Assembly (NCBI RefSeq): GCF_000526775.1
Contig: NZ_JAGS01000001.1
Span: forward strand, 1,089,685-1,121,684
DNA length: 32,000 nucleotides
Source: Ruminococcus albus AD2013
GTDB taxonomy: Bacteria > Bacillota > Clostridia > Oscillospirales > Ruminococcaceae
Reading direction: 5' to 3'
This document shows, in pieces, positions 1-8,982 of this stretch (the first letter of the stretch is position 1; each line of letters begins with the position of its first letter). Both the position numbers and the translations under genes were made by a program. The notes under the pieces were generated by a model. That model did no database searches and was not told where the DNA came from. It was given only the letters and a program-made list of their open reading frames with translations.

Positions 1-110
1 GAAAGGCAAACAACATCGAAGCAGGTGTAAGAATGGCGCGTGAAGCCATTGACAGCGGTGCGGCACTGGCACAGCTGAACAAGCTGATCGAGTTTACAAA
101 CAGAGGATAA
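1..110 (+). CDS. trpD: anthranilate phosphoribosyltransferase, C-terminal fragment (5' end outside window)
   Basis: The frame is open from the window edge and translates as KANNIEAGVRMAREAIDSGAALAQLNKLIEFTNRG*, with the stop at 108-110. This is a TrpD-like C-terminus and it lies directly upstream of trpC. Confidence 0.7.
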   Translation, partial: KANNIEAGVRMAREAIDSGAALAQLNKLIEFTNRG

Positions 111-114
111 ATAT

Positions 115-903
115 ATGATACTTGATGATATAGTTGCTCAGCGCAGGATACAGCTGAGACACGAAATGGAGCGCTGTCCCCTGAACAAGATGCGCCGCAG
201 GGCTGAGATTCAGCTGACAGAGCGCACTCCCCTTTCGCTGGAAAAAGCTTTGAAAAAGGATACTCTCTCCTGCATATGCGAAGTTAAGAAAGCTTCTCCC
301 TCAAAGGGGCTTATCCGTGAGGACTTCCGCCCTGTGGACTTCGCAAAGGAATACGAAGCCGCAGGTGCGAATGCCATAAGCTGTCTGACAGAAGAGCATT
401 ATTTTCAGGGCAGTTCGCAGTATCTTGCAGATATACGCAAGGCGGTGAATATCCCGATACTGCGCAAGGATTTCATCTTTGACGAGTACCAGATATTTGA
501 AGCTGCCGCCCTGGGTGCAGATGCTGTGCTGCTGATAGCGGCAGTGCTGGATATACCTGATTTTGAAAAGCTTTTCAAGCTGGCTAAGACACTGGGGCTC
601 AGCGTACTTGGTGAGATGCATACGGTGGAAGAGATGCAGTGCTACGCTCTCGACCGTGATGGCATGGTCATCGGTGTGAACAACAGAAATCTCAAAACAT
701 TTGAAGTTGATCTGGCGACAGCTTCAAAGCTGAGACCCTACGCTCCCGACGGTTCCGTGTTCGTATCCGAGAGCGGCATAAACACCAACGCAGATATGAA
801 AGCTGTACGAGAGGGCGGAGCTGATGCAGTGCTGATAGGCGAAACACTCATGAGAGCCGAAAGTATCACGAATAAGCTTCACGAACTGCGGGAAGGCTTA
901 TGA
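115..903 (+). CDS. trpC: indole-3-glycerol phosphate synthase
   Basis: 262-aa ORF with TrpC hallmarks ([29 protein letters not shown]). It sits in trp operon context. Confidence 0.95.
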   Translation: MILDDIVAQRRIQLRHEMERCPLNKMRRRAEIQLTERTPLSLEKALKKDTLSCICEVKKASPSKGLIREDFRPVDFAKEYEAAGANAISCLTEEHYFQGSSQYLADIRKAVNIPILRKDFIFDEYQIFEAAALGADAVLLIAAVLDIPDFEKLFKLAKTLGLSVLGEMHTVEEMQCYALDRDGMVIGVNNRNLKTFEVDLATASKLRPYAPDGSVFVSESGINTNADMKAVREGGADAVLIGETLMRAESITNKLHELREGL

Positions 904-1262
904 TGATACCAAAAGATACGAAAGTATACGACCACATACCGGACGACACAGAGATGATACGAAACGATACCAAAAAATGCAATGACATCGGCGAGGTACG
1001 AAAAGAGATCGACCGCATCGATGATATGATAGTGAAGCTGATAGCCGAACGCGGACAGTATGTAAAGCAGGCGGCAGGCTTCAAAAAGAACAGCGATGAT
1101 GTGAAAGCTCCCGACAGAGTTGAAAAGGTCATCGCAGGCGTTCGTGCAAAGGCAGAGTTATACGGAGCCGATTCCGATATAGCAGAAGCGGTATATCGTA
1201 CTATGATAAACTGCTTCATCGGCGCTGAAACAATAGAGTTCAACAGTAAGAAAGAGGTATGA
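900..1262 (+). CDS. AroQ-class chorismate mutase / isochorismate-pyruvate-lyase (PchB)-like protein
   Basis: By eye, residues about 28-115 (CNDIGEVRKEIDRIDDMIVKLIAERGQYVKQAAGFK...APDRVEKV...INCFIGAE) align with PchB/AroQ, including the Arg/Arg/Lys/Arg positions. The ATG at 900 overlaps the trpC stop (ATGA) and follows GGAAGG. The first ~25 codons lie in the ATAC decamer repeat, so the ATG at 954 is an alternative start. Confidence 0.75.
   Translation: MMIPKDTKVYDHIPDDTEMIRNDTKKCNDIGEVRKEIDRIDDMIVKLIAERGQYVKQAAGFKKNSDDVKAPDRVEKVIAGVRAKAELYGADSDIAEAVYRTMINCFIGAETIEFNSKKEV
902..980 (+). repeat. 10-nt phased ATAC(C/G)+A-tract array (solo copy)
   Basis: ATACC/ATACG pentamers start at 906, 916, 926, 936, 957 and 967. 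Positions 902-929 match 25924-25951 at 27 of 28 nt. Confidence 0.8.
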
Positions 1263-1265
1263 TCA

Positions 1266-2456
1266 ATGGATAAGATAGGACGCTTCGGCGATTTCGGCGG
1301 ACAGTATATCCCCGAAACAGTCATGACAGCAGTACATGAACTGGAAGCCGCTTACGACAAATACAAGGACGACCCTGAATTCAACAGGGAGCTGCGCGAG
1401 CTTTACCGCGACTACGCAAACAGACCTTCAATGCTTTATTATGCTGAGAAGATGACAAAAGATCTCGGCGGCGCTAAGGTGTATATCAAGAGAGAGGATC
1501 TCAACCACACAGGTGCCCACAAGATAAACAATGTTCTGGGTCAGCTGTTGCTTGCCAAGAAGATGGGCAAAAAGCGTATCATCGCTGAAACAGGTGCAGG
1601 TCAGCACGGCGTTGCTACTGCTACCGTATGCGCACTGATGGGTCTTGAATGTGAAGTATACATGGGCTCAACCGATATGGAAAGACAGTCCCTGAACGTT
1701 TACAGAATGAACCTGCTGGGTGCTAAGGTGACAGGTGTTGACAGCGGAACTGCTACCCTCAAAGATGCGATAAACGAAGCTTTCCGCGACTGGTGTTCAA
1801 ACATCGACACCACATTCTACTGCATAGGTTCCGTTATGGGACCTCACCCATATCCCACAATGGTGCGCGATTTCCAGAAGATAATCAGCGAAGAGATAAA
1901 GGCACAGATGCTTGAAAAAGAGGGCAGACTTCCCGATGCAGTTGTAGCCTGCGTAGGTGGCGGTTCAAACGCTATGGGTGCTTTCTATGATTTCATCGGC
2001 GATAAGGGCGTAAGACTTATCGGTGCTGAGGCCGCAGGCAGAGGTGTTGATACCCCCGAACACGCGGCTACTATCGCAAAGGGCGACCTTGGTATATTCC
2101 ACGGTATGAAGTCACTGTTCTTACAGAACGAGTACGGTCAGATAGACGAAGTATATTCCATCTCCGCAGGACTTGACTACCCCGGCATAGGTCCCGAGCA
2201 CGCTTATCTCCACTCCATCGGCAGAGCTGATTATTTCAGCATCACCGACGAGGAAGCTGTTCAGGCATTTGAATACCTCTCAAAGACCGAGGGTGTTATC
2301 CCTGCGATAGAATCTGCACACGCTGTTGCGGCGGCCATGAAGATAATCCCCCAGATGAGCAAAGATCAGATCGTCGTTATAAACCTGTCGGGCAGAGGCG
2401 ACAAGGACGTTTATTCCATAGCAAGATACAGAGGAGTTGAGTTAGATGAAAAATAG
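1266..2456 (+). CDS. trpB: tryptophan synthase beta chain
   Basis: 396 aa with the PLP-lysine motif HTGAHKINN and GGGSNAMG. Typical TrpB length and operon position. Confidence 0.97.
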   Translation: MDKIGRFGDFGGQYIPETVMTAVHELEAAYDKYKDDPEFNRELRELYRDYANRPSMLYYAEKMTKDLGGAKVYIKREDLNHTGAHKINNVLGQLLLAKKMGKKRIIAETGAGQHGVATATVCALMGLECEVYMGSTDMERQSLNVYRMNLLGAKVTGVDSGTATLKDAINEAFRDWCSNIDTTFYCIGSVMGPHPYPTMVRDFQKIISEEIKAQMLEKEGRLPDAVVACVGGGSNAMGAFYDFIGDKGVRLIGAEAAGRGVDTPEHAATIAKGDLGIFHGMKSLFLQNEYGQIDEVYSISAGLDYPGIGPEHAYLHSIGRADYFSITDEEAVQAFEYLSKTEGVIPAIESAHAVAAAMKIIPQMSKDQIVVINLSGRGDKDVYSIARYRGVELDEK

Positions 2457-3237
2457 GATAGACGCTTGCTTTGAAGACCTCAAAGCTCAGGGTAAAAAAG
2501 CACTTGTAACTTTCGTAACGGCTGGTGACCCCGACCTTGGCACCACAGAAAAGATCGTGCTTGAAATGTTCGATAAAGGCAGTGATATCGTTGAGATAGG
2601 TGTACCTTTCTCCGACCCCATAGCTGAGGGCGGCACGATACAGCGTGCTTCACTGAGATCGCTGAAACACAACACAAACCTCGACCAGATATTCGAGCTT
2701 GTAAGCAGGCTCCGCGACAATACGGACAAGCCTATACTGCTTATGATGTACTTGAACACTGTTTTCCGCTATGGTACGGAAAAGTTCTTCAACAACTGCA
2801 AGAATGTTCAGATAGACGGCGTTATAATACCCGATATGCCTTACGAGGAGCGTGACGAAGTAAAGGAATACTCCGAAAAGACAGGAGTAAGGAGCATTTA
2901 TCTTGTTGCACCCACATCAAAGGAGCGTGTTAAGATGATAGCCGAGGAAAGCAAGGGCTTCCTTTACATAGTATCATCTCTGGGCGTTACGGGTACACGT
3001 AAGGAGATCAGCACAAATTTCAATGAACTGCTGGCTCCCCTGAAAGAGGGTAATTATTGCCCTGCCTGCATAGGTTTCGGTATATCAAACGGTGAGCAGG
3101 CACGCAAGATGGCTGATTACTGCGATGGCTGTATCATCGGTTCGGCGATAGTTAATATCGTGGAAAAATACGGTGCAGACAGCGTTGAGCCTGTTGGTGA
3201 ATTTGTTGCAAGCGTAAGAGAAGCGCTTGATGCATAA
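2446..3237 (+). CDS. trpA: tryptophan synthase alpha chain
   Basis: 263 aa with [13 protein letters not shown] and GFGIS motifs. It overlaps the trpB stop by 11 nt. Confidence 0.95.
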   Translation: MKNRIDACFEDLKAQGKKALVTFVTAGDPDLGTTEKIVLEMFDKGSDIVEIGVPFSDPIAEGGTIQRASLRSLKHNTNLDQIFELVSRLRDNTDKPILLMMYLNTVFRYGTEKFFNNCKNVQIDGVIIPDMPYEERDEVKEYSEKTGVRSIYLVAPTSKERVKMIAEESKGFLYIVSSLGVTGTRKEISTNFNELLAPLKEGNYCPACIGFGISNGEQARKMADYCDGCIIGSAIVNIVEKYGADSVEPVGEFVASVREALDA

Positions 3238-3241
3238 AAAT

Positions 3242-3276
3242 AAGCTCGTGAGTTTAATTGCTCACGAGCTTTTGTT
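3242..3276 (+). terminator. intrinsic terminator of the trp operon
   Basis: A 10-11 bp perfect stem (aagctcgtgag/ctcacgagctt) with an 8-nt loop, followed by TTTTGTT, lies 5 nt after the trpA stop. Confidence 0.85.
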
Positions 3277-3410
3277 ATTCTCCGTTTTGGGATTTAAATA
3301 GTTGTTTCTCATTCCATAAAGCATTACTGAAAAGCCGAATACTCCCACCAACTGCGGCGGCAGAAACCTATTGATATCCGAAGCGGGGATATTCTCTTTT
3401 ACGGTGAATT

Positions 3411-4493
3411 TCATACTTCCGTACCGCTGATAGTACCTCCGCCGATGACATATTCGCCGTCGTAGAATACCACCGACTGTCCTTTTGATACTGCCTTGTG
3501 GGGTGTATCGAATTCGACTTCGGCTTTGTTTTCACCAGTGGGATAAATAGTACATGGAACGTCTTTCTGGTGATAACGGGTCTGGGCGGTACACCGCAGG
3601 GGCGAAGTCAGCTTATCAACGGTGATATAATTCACATCTTCTGCGGTGAGCCTTTTTGAGCATACCTGTTCTGCATTACCCATTATAAGTCGGTTCGATA
3701 CCATATCCTTCGCGGTTACGAAAAGCGGTTCGCTGTAAGAAACTCCCACGCCGCGGCGCTGACCGATGGTATAGTGTATAAGCCCCTTGTGGCGACCCAG
3801 CACCGTGCCATCGGAAAGCACGATATCGCCCTCGGGCTGTTCGCCTGCCCTCTCGGTTATGAAGCTTGCGTAATCGCCATCGGGTATAAAGCAGATATCC
3901 TGAGAATCACGCTTGTGAGCATTTATCAGACCGTTCTCTTCGGCGATAGCGCGTATCTCGGGCTTGTTCATAGCTCCCACGGGGAAAAGTGTGTGGGAAA
4001 GCTGTTCCTGTGTCATGCCGTAAAGAACGTAGCTCTGGTCTTTTGACCTGTCGGCTGAACGTTTAAGCAGCCATCTTCCGCTTGCTTCATCGAAATGGGA
4101 AGTCACGTAATGCCCCGTTGCGATGAAATCAAAACCAAGAAGCTTTGCTCTGTCGAGAAAAGAGCCGAATTTCAGGTGCTTGTTGCATTCTATACAGGGA
4201 TTTGGTGTGCCGCCCGCAAGATAGGTGTCAACGAAATTATCCATCACGCGGAGTTTGAATTCATCGGAAAAATTGAAGACATGAAAATCAATGCCGAGTT
4301 TCAGCGCAACAAGACGGGCATCTTCAACATCATTCAGCGAACAGCAGGTCTTTTCACGGACGCCGATATCCTCATTATTATAAAGGTGCATAGTCGCACC
4401 TGCGACTTCGTAGCCCTCATCAAGCAGCAGCTTAACTGCAGCAGAACTGTCAACACCGCCGCTCATGGCAGCGAGAACTCTTTTTTTAGCCAT
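3411..4493 (-). CDS. mnmA: tRNA-specific 2-thiouridylase
   Basis: PP-loop motif AAMSGGVDSS and the NPCIECN and RDSQDICF motifs. I chose the start at MAKKRVLAAMSGG (4493), which is preceded by AAAGGAAAG. The track ORF extends to 4559, but that would overlap the upstream gene. Confidence 0.92.
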   Translation of the reverse strand: MAKKRVLAAMSGGVDSSAAVKLLLDEGYEVAGATMHLYNNEDIGVREKTCCSLNDVEDARLVALKLGIDFHVFNFSDEFKLRVMDNFVDTYLAGGTPNPCIECNKHLKFGSFLDRAKLLGFDFIATGHYVTSHFDEASGRWLLKRSADRSKDQSYVLYGMTQEQLSHTLFPVGAMNKPEIRAIAEENGLINAHKRDSQDICFIPDGDYASFITERAGEQPEGDIVLSDGTVLGRHKGLIHYTIGQRRGVGVSYSEPLFVTAKDMVSNRLIMGNAEQVCSKRLTAEDVNYITVDKLTSPLRCTAQTRYHQKDVPCTIYPTGENKAEVEFDTPHKAVSKGQSVVFYDGEYVIGGGTISGTEV

Positions 4494-4510
4494 AATAACT
4501 TTCCTTTTTA

Positions 4511-5743
4511 TTATACTGTATAATCGGGTATGCCCTCTTCGCGGCAGATGCGCTGCCACATAGGCGACATACTGCGCAGACGCTTTATGGTCTCGGGCAG
4601 GACTTCCAGGATATAGTCGATATCCTCATCGGTGTTGCCGTCACCGAGTGTAAGCCTTAAAGAACCCTTTGCAAGCTCCTCATTAAGGCCTATCGCCGTA
4701 AGCACATGAGATGGGTCTATCGAACCGCTTGTACAGGCAGAGCCCGAAGATGCGGCAATACCCTTGATATCAAGCGCAAGGATAAGGCTCTCGCCCTCAA
4801 TACCTCGGAATGAGATATTCACGTTGCCCGCGCTTCTGCGTTCTCTGCCGCCGTTCAGACGAGAATAAGGTATCCCGGAAAGTATACCGTCAATAAGCCT
4901 GTCACGCATTTTCGCAAGGCGGATATTGCGTTCATCTATACACTCTACTGCATCGGTTATTGCAACACCCATGGCAGCTATGCCTGCAACATTTTCAGTG
5001 CCAGCACGCTTGCCGCGCTCCTGTGCGCCGCCATGGATAAGGCTTTCGAGAGGTGTGCCTGTGCGGACATAAAGCGCACCCACACCCTTTGGCGAATGGA
5101 ATTTGTGACCCGAAAGTGACAGCATATCGATGTTCATATTTTTAAGATCAAAATGCTGATGACCTATTGCCTGAACAGCATCGGTATGGAACAGAACACC
5201 TTTCTTTCGGCAGACCGCACCTATCTCTTCTATCGGAAGAATACTTCCTATCTCGTTATTTATAGCCATTACCGAAACAAAGGCGGTGTCCTCGCGTATG
5301 GCATTTTCTACCTGTTCGGCAGAAACGATACCATCTTCATCAGCAGGAAGATATGTAACATCAAACCCGTGATTTTCAAGATATTCGCAGGTATGAAGAA
5401 CCGCATGATGTTCGATATTGGTGGTGATGATATGTCGCTTGCCGTTTTTTGCGCCGAATTCGGCGGCACTTTTTATGGCGAGATTATCAGCCTCTGAACC
5501 GCCCGAGGTAAAAAATATCTCGGAGGGACGGGCTGCACCAAGGGCTTCAGCCACCTGTCTGCGTGCGTTGAGGACAGCTTTTGCCGCATCCATGCCCAGT
5601 GTATAAATACTTGATGGATTGCCGTACTGCTCTTTCAGATAGGGCAGCATGGCATTCAGGGCATTATCGGAAACGTTGGTGGTCGCCGCATTATCGGCGT
5701 AAACAAAGGGTTTATCCATAGTTTCAAACCTTTCTGCGATCAT
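4511..5743 (-). CDS. nifS: class I cysteine desulfurase (NifS/IscS type)
   Basis: PLP-lysine motif [15 protein letters not shown] and the catalytic-Cys loop SSGSACTSG. Its pairing with mnmA resembles B. subtilis yrvO-mnmA. An alternative start is [14 protein letters not shown] at 5719. Confidence 0.9.
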   Translation of the reverse strand: MIAERFETMDKPFVYADNAATTNVSDNALNAMLPYLKEQYGNPSSIYTLGMDAAKAVLNARRQVAEALGAARPSEIFFTSGGSEADNLAIKSAAEFGAKNGKRHIITTNIEHHAVLHTCEYLENHGFDVTYLPADEDGIVSAEQVENAIREDTAFVSVMAINNEIGSILPIEEIGAVCRKKGVLFHTDAVQAIGHQHFDLKNMNIDMLSLSGHKFHSPKGVGALYVRTGTPLESLIHGGAQERGKRAGTENVAGIAAMGVAITDAVECIDERNIRLAKMRDRLIDGILSGIPYSRLNGGRERRSAGNVNISFRGIEGESLILALDIKGIAASSGSACTSGSIDPSHVLTAIGLNEELAKGSLRLTLGDGNTDEDIDYILEVLPETIKRLRSMSPMWQRICREEGIPDYTV

Positions 5744-6213
5744 TCGCCGACTACTTTGTCAAAAGACGCGCCCAGTGATCTTGCTTCCTGCGAACCCTTT
5801 ACTGCCAGTTCGTCACAGCGTTCATTCTCGGTATGACCTGCATGACCTTTCACCCATACGAATTCCACCTTATGAACGGCGAGAAGCTGTAATATTATCT
5901 CCCACAGGTCGCTGTTGAGTGCGGGTTTCTTATCGGCTTTTACCCAGCCGCGCTTTTTCCAGCCCACAGCCCAGCCCTTGGTTATAGCATCTATCACGTA
6001 TTTTGAATCACTGTACAGCTTGATCTCACAGGGCTCTTTCAGCGCCTGAAGACCCTTTATTACCGCAGTCATTTCCATGCGGTTGTTGGTAGTCTTAGGG
6101 TCGCCGCCGTAAAGTTCTTTGCTGATATTATTGAACCTTAGTATCGTGCCGTAGCCCCCGGGACCCGGATTGCCCGAGCACGCACCGTCGGTAAAGATCT
6201 CGATTTTTTTCAT
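5740..6213 (-). CDS. rnhA: ribonuclease HI
   Basis: 157 aa with the N-terminus [22 protein letters not shown] and the motifs NNRMEM and [18 protein letters not shown]. Confidence 0.93.
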   Translation of the reverse strand: MKKIEIFTDGACSGNPGPGGYGTILRFNNISKELYGGDPKTTNNRMEMTAVIKGLQALKEPCEIKLYSDSKYVIDAITKGWAVGWKKRGWVKADKKPALNSDLWEIILQLLAVHKVEFVWVKGHAGHTENERCDELAVKGSQEARSLGASFDKVVGE

Positions 6214-6301
6214 GTATAAGCTTTCCTTTTTGAATCAAAGTTTGATATATCTTATGCAGATACAGGTCAAAACATAAATCTGACCGATCATTTATCATTT
6301 T

Positions 6302-6330
6302 ATTATAACATAATATTGTCTGTTTGTCCA
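6302..6330 (-). promoter_or_regulatory. candidate sigma-A promoter for rnhA-nifS-mnmA
   Basis: The minus strand reads TGGACA-17 nt-TATAAT (-35 at 6325-6330, -10 at 6302-6307), about 90 nt upstream of the rnhA start. Confidence 0.45.
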
Positions 6331-6410
6331 GTATGTTTTTTAGGATAGTAACTCTAAACTCCTTTCTTTTAAATAATAATCATGTCTCCGTGTACCACGT
6401 TCCCATGATG

Positions 6411-6439
6411 TTGACACAATGCCCGAAATGTGATATAAT
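6411..6439 (+). promoter_or_regulatory. consensus sigma-A promoter for gltX
   Basis: TTGACA (6411-6416), a 17-nt spacer and TATAAT (6434-6439) with an upstream TG lie about 70 nt before the gltX start. Confidence 0.7.
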
Positions 6440-6507
6440 ATTATAGTATATTTTCCCCGCTGTCCGTGGTGCGGATAACGGGTATTTCTTAAAAAGGATC
6501 TGATAAC

Positions 6508-8166
6508 ATGGATAATTTCGCATTAGCTAAACTGCTGTTCCCCGACGTTACTGCCTCCCCTGAGGATATGGAGGCCAAGTACCCCCAAAGAGATCTGCCC
6601 GAGGGTGCTTTCGTTACAAGAATAGGCCCCTCCCCTACGGGATTTGTACATCTGGGCAACCTTTACAACGCTATAATCGCCGAGAGGATAGCTCATCAGT
6701 CTGGCGGCGTTTTCTATCTCAGGATAGAGGATACCGACAACAAGCGTGAGGTCGAGGGCGCGGTTGAAACTCTTATCAACGCTATGGAATACTTTGGCGT
6801 ACACTTTGACGAGGGTGCTACCGCCGAGGGCGACAACGGCGCATACGGTCCATACCGACAGCGTCAGCGTGCGGGCATATACCATGTTTTTGCTAAAAAG
6901 CTGGTTGAGCAGGGCAAGGCTTACCCCTGTTTCCTGACCGAGGAAGAGATACAGGCTATCCGCGATGAGCAGATGGCTAACAAGGAAGACCCCGGCATCT
7001 ACGGCAAATACGCTGAAAAGAGCAGGAGCCTGACACTTGATGATATCAAGGCAAATATCGATGCGGGCAAGCCCTGGGTGCTGAGATACAAGGGCGAGAT
7101 GAACAATGAGAGGATAGTCGTTGAAGACGCTGTCCGCGGCAAGATAGAAATGCCCCGCAATTTCGCAGATTTCGTACTGCTGAAGAGCGACGGCATACCC
7201 ACCTACCATTTCGCACACGTAGTGGACGACCACCTGATGCGCTCCACACACGTTATCCGCGGTGAGGAGTGGATAAGCTCACTGCCGATGCACGTTGAAC
7301 TTTTCAAACAGCTGGGCTGGAAACAGCCTATCTACTGCCACACAGCAACTCTGATGAAGATAGATGTTTCCGAGGAAGACCCCGAGAAGCAGATAAAGAG
7401 AAAGCTTTCCAAGAGAAAAGACCCCGAGCTGGCACTGGCTTACTATCAGCAGGAGGGTATCTCCAACGATGTTGTATGGGAGTTCCTGCTGACACTGCTG
7501 AATTCAAACTATGAGGAATGGCGTGCGGCTAACCCCGATGCTTCGTATATGGACTTCCCTTACAGTATCGAGAAGATGTCCATTTCAGGCGCACTTGTTG
7601 ATATGGACAAGCTCCGTGATATCGCAAAGGACACCATCGCACGTATGGACGCAGAGACAGTATACAATAACTGGCTGGCATGGTGCGAGGAATACAACAA
7701 GGACTTTGCAGAACTTCTGAAAAAGTACCGTGACAGAACTATCGCTGCGCTGAACGTCGGCAAGAACGGCAAAAAGCCCCGTAAGGATATTGAGACCTGG
7801 AAACAGGCTTGCGATTTCATGAGTTTCTACTATGATGAAACTTTCAAGTGCGAGGACGATATGGCTGAACAGGCTGACGAGGAGTCACGCAAGGCATTCT
7901 TCGCAAAGTACCTTGCAGGCTACGACCACAGTGATGACAGCTCCGCATGGTTCGATAAGGTAAAGGCTATCACCGAGGAACTCGGTTTTGCTGTAAAGCC
8001 CAAGGATTACAAGAAAGAGCCCGAGAAGTTCAAGGGCAGTATCGTGCATATCACAAATATGCTCCGTATCGCCCTGACAGGCAGAGCAAACGCTCCCGAT
8101 ATCCACGAAGTCAGCCATGTGCTGGGCGAGGATATCGTAAGGGCAAGACTCTCCAAGTGGGCTTGA
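6508..8166 (+). CDS. gltX: glutamate--tRNA ligase
   Basis: HIGH-type motif PSPTGFVHLGN, RIEDTD, and the KMSKS-type loop KLSKRK. 552 aa. Confidence 0.92.
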   Translation: MDNFALAKLLFPDVTASPEDMEAKYPQRDLPEGAFVTRIGPSPTGFVHLGNLYNAIIAERIAHQSGGVFYLRIEDTDNKREVEGAVETLINAMEYFGVHFDEGATAEGDNGAYGPYRQRQRAGIYHVFAKKLVEQGKAYPCFLTEEEIQAIRDEQMANKEDPGIYGKYAEKSRSLTLDDIKANIDAGKPWVLRYKGEMNNERIVVEDAVRGKIEMPRNFADFVLLKSDGIPTYHFAHVVDDHLMRSTHVIRGEEWISSLPMHVELFKQLGWKQPIYCHTATLMKIDVSEEDPEKQIKRKLSKRKDPELALAYYQQEGISNDVVWEFLLTLLNSNYEEWRAANPDASYMDFPYSIEKMSISGALVDMDKLRDIAKDTIARMDAETVYNNWLAWCEEYNKDFAELLKKYRDRTIAALNVGKNGKKPRKDIETWKQACDFMSFYYDETFKCEDDMAEQADEESRKAFFAKYLAGYDHSDDSSAWFDKVKAITEELGFAVKPKDYKKEPEKFKGSIVHITNMLRIALTGRANAPDIHEVSHVLGEDIVRARLSKWA

Positions 8167-8215
8167 ATGAATTCATAATTCATAATTCACAATTCATAAT
8201 TTTTGACAGGCATCA
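8167..8215 (+). repeat. truncated gene-proximal stub of the structured repeat family, with heptamer tract (copy D)
   Basis: The units AATTCAT/AATTCAT/AATTCAC/AATTCAT/AATT occupy 8170-8201 and begin 4 nt after the gltX stop. They are followed by TTTGACAGG. This matches the gene-proximal boundary CATAATTGTTG(A/G)CAGG of copies B and C when those are read on the minus strand. Confidence 0.7.
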
Positions 8216-8235
8216 TTACTTTTATGAGGTAAGCT

Positions 8236-8580
8236 ATGGCATACGAAGCACATCTGACCCGCGCTGACCTGTGGGTCTATGATAAAGAGCCCATAACTTT
8301 TGAAGAAGTTAAAGAGCTCACACTTCCTGATGGTTTTGAAGCCGTGGAAAACGGAAGCTTCTCCGACGGCGCTGTTAGTATCAGCCTTGAAAAATGCGCA
8401 GTATACACCAGACCCGACGGCGTGAAGAATTTTCTGATATTCGGAAATGGTGCGCCCTCTTTCAAGATGCTTAGCGAGGAAGATGCAACGCCCTTTATAA
8501 AGCTGGCTGAACTTCTCGGTGCTAAGGTGCAGGGGGACGATGGTGAGATATACACTCATGAGGGTGTTCAGTGGGAATAA
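8236..8580 (+). CDS. hypothetical small acidic protein
   Basis: 114-aa ORF with GAGGT 7 nt upstream. I recognise no family. Confidence 0.55.
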   Translation: MAYEAHLTRADLWVYDKEPITFEEVKELTLPDGFEAVENGSFSDGAVSISLEKCAVYTRPDGVKNFLIFGNGAPSFKMLSEEDATPFIKLAELLGAKVQGDDGEIYTHEGVQWE

Positions 8581-8592
8581 CAGGAGGTTATC

Positions 8593-8907
8593 ATGCAGAC
8601 CATTATAATCATGCTTGACCCTGCAAAACTTGAAAATCCCGACCTTGACCTCACCTATGAATTTCCCGTCAGGATAGAGGAATACACGGGTGACACAGTA
8701 CGCGACAACGGATATGATTACGTTGACGGCGATGTTATAGCATTGTGGCTTGAAACGGAGAACGCCGTATCAGGTGCCGAAAAGGTCATCGAACTGATAA
8801 AAGCAGAGAGGATAGTTGACAACGACCTCTCAAAAACAGTTGAGATATTGATATCGGAAGAGGACTGCGCAGAGATAGAAAAGTGCAGAAAGATATATCC
8901 ACGATGA
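8593..8907 (+). CDS. hypothetical small acidic protein
   Basis: 104-aa ORF with a strong RBS (CAGGAGGT) 6 nt upstream. It begins 12 nt after the previous ORF. Confidence 0.6.
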   Translation: MQTIIIMLDPAKLENPDLDLTYEFPVRIEEYTGDTVRDNGYDYVDGDVIALWLETENAVSGAEKVIELIKAERIVDNDLSKTVEILISEEDCAEIEKCRKIYPR

Positions 8908-8982
8908 TCTCATAAAGAAAGAATGGACAGGCGTTTCAGCCGCAGTTTATCTTATAGTCAAGAAAGTCAGGAGGGCTGCACA

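Noticed and set aside
902-980. Apparent shared peptide motif DTK.Y.SIP between the chorismate-mutase N-terminus, the DUF6291 protein and a minus-strand frame at 21560-21600
   Set aside because: It is an artefact of translating a 10-nt periodic DNA repeat. The nearly identical 28-mers are read in different frames in the two genes, and the third copy has no start codon and sits in a short stop-bounded frame.
902-980. TRAP (trp RNA-binding attenuation protein) binding site within the trp operon
   Set aside because: TRAP sites are 9-11 (G/U)AG triplets spaced by 2-3 nt. This tract has ATAC(C/G) units with 10-nt spacing and too few GAG/UAG triplets in register.
3411-4559. Extended N-termini offered by the ORF track (mnmA to 4559, ZIP from 12568, GH3 to 15047, bioY to 15716, HlyD to 25410, ORF from 8923)
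   Set aside because: The internal ATGs chosen have good Shine-Dalgarno sequences and match the expected family N-termini. The extensions overlap neighbouring genes or promoters and add non-homologous residues.
6523-7251. Long antisense or alternative-frame ORFs inside well-supported genes (for example 6523-7251, 9753-10253, 12651-13214, 13902-14510, 16066-16743, 16974-17681, 20544-21221, 23386-24065, 28652-29200)
   Set aside because: Each lies inside a gene with clear family motifs, either on the opposite strand or out of frame. They have odd composition and no RBS, so they are shadow ORFs.
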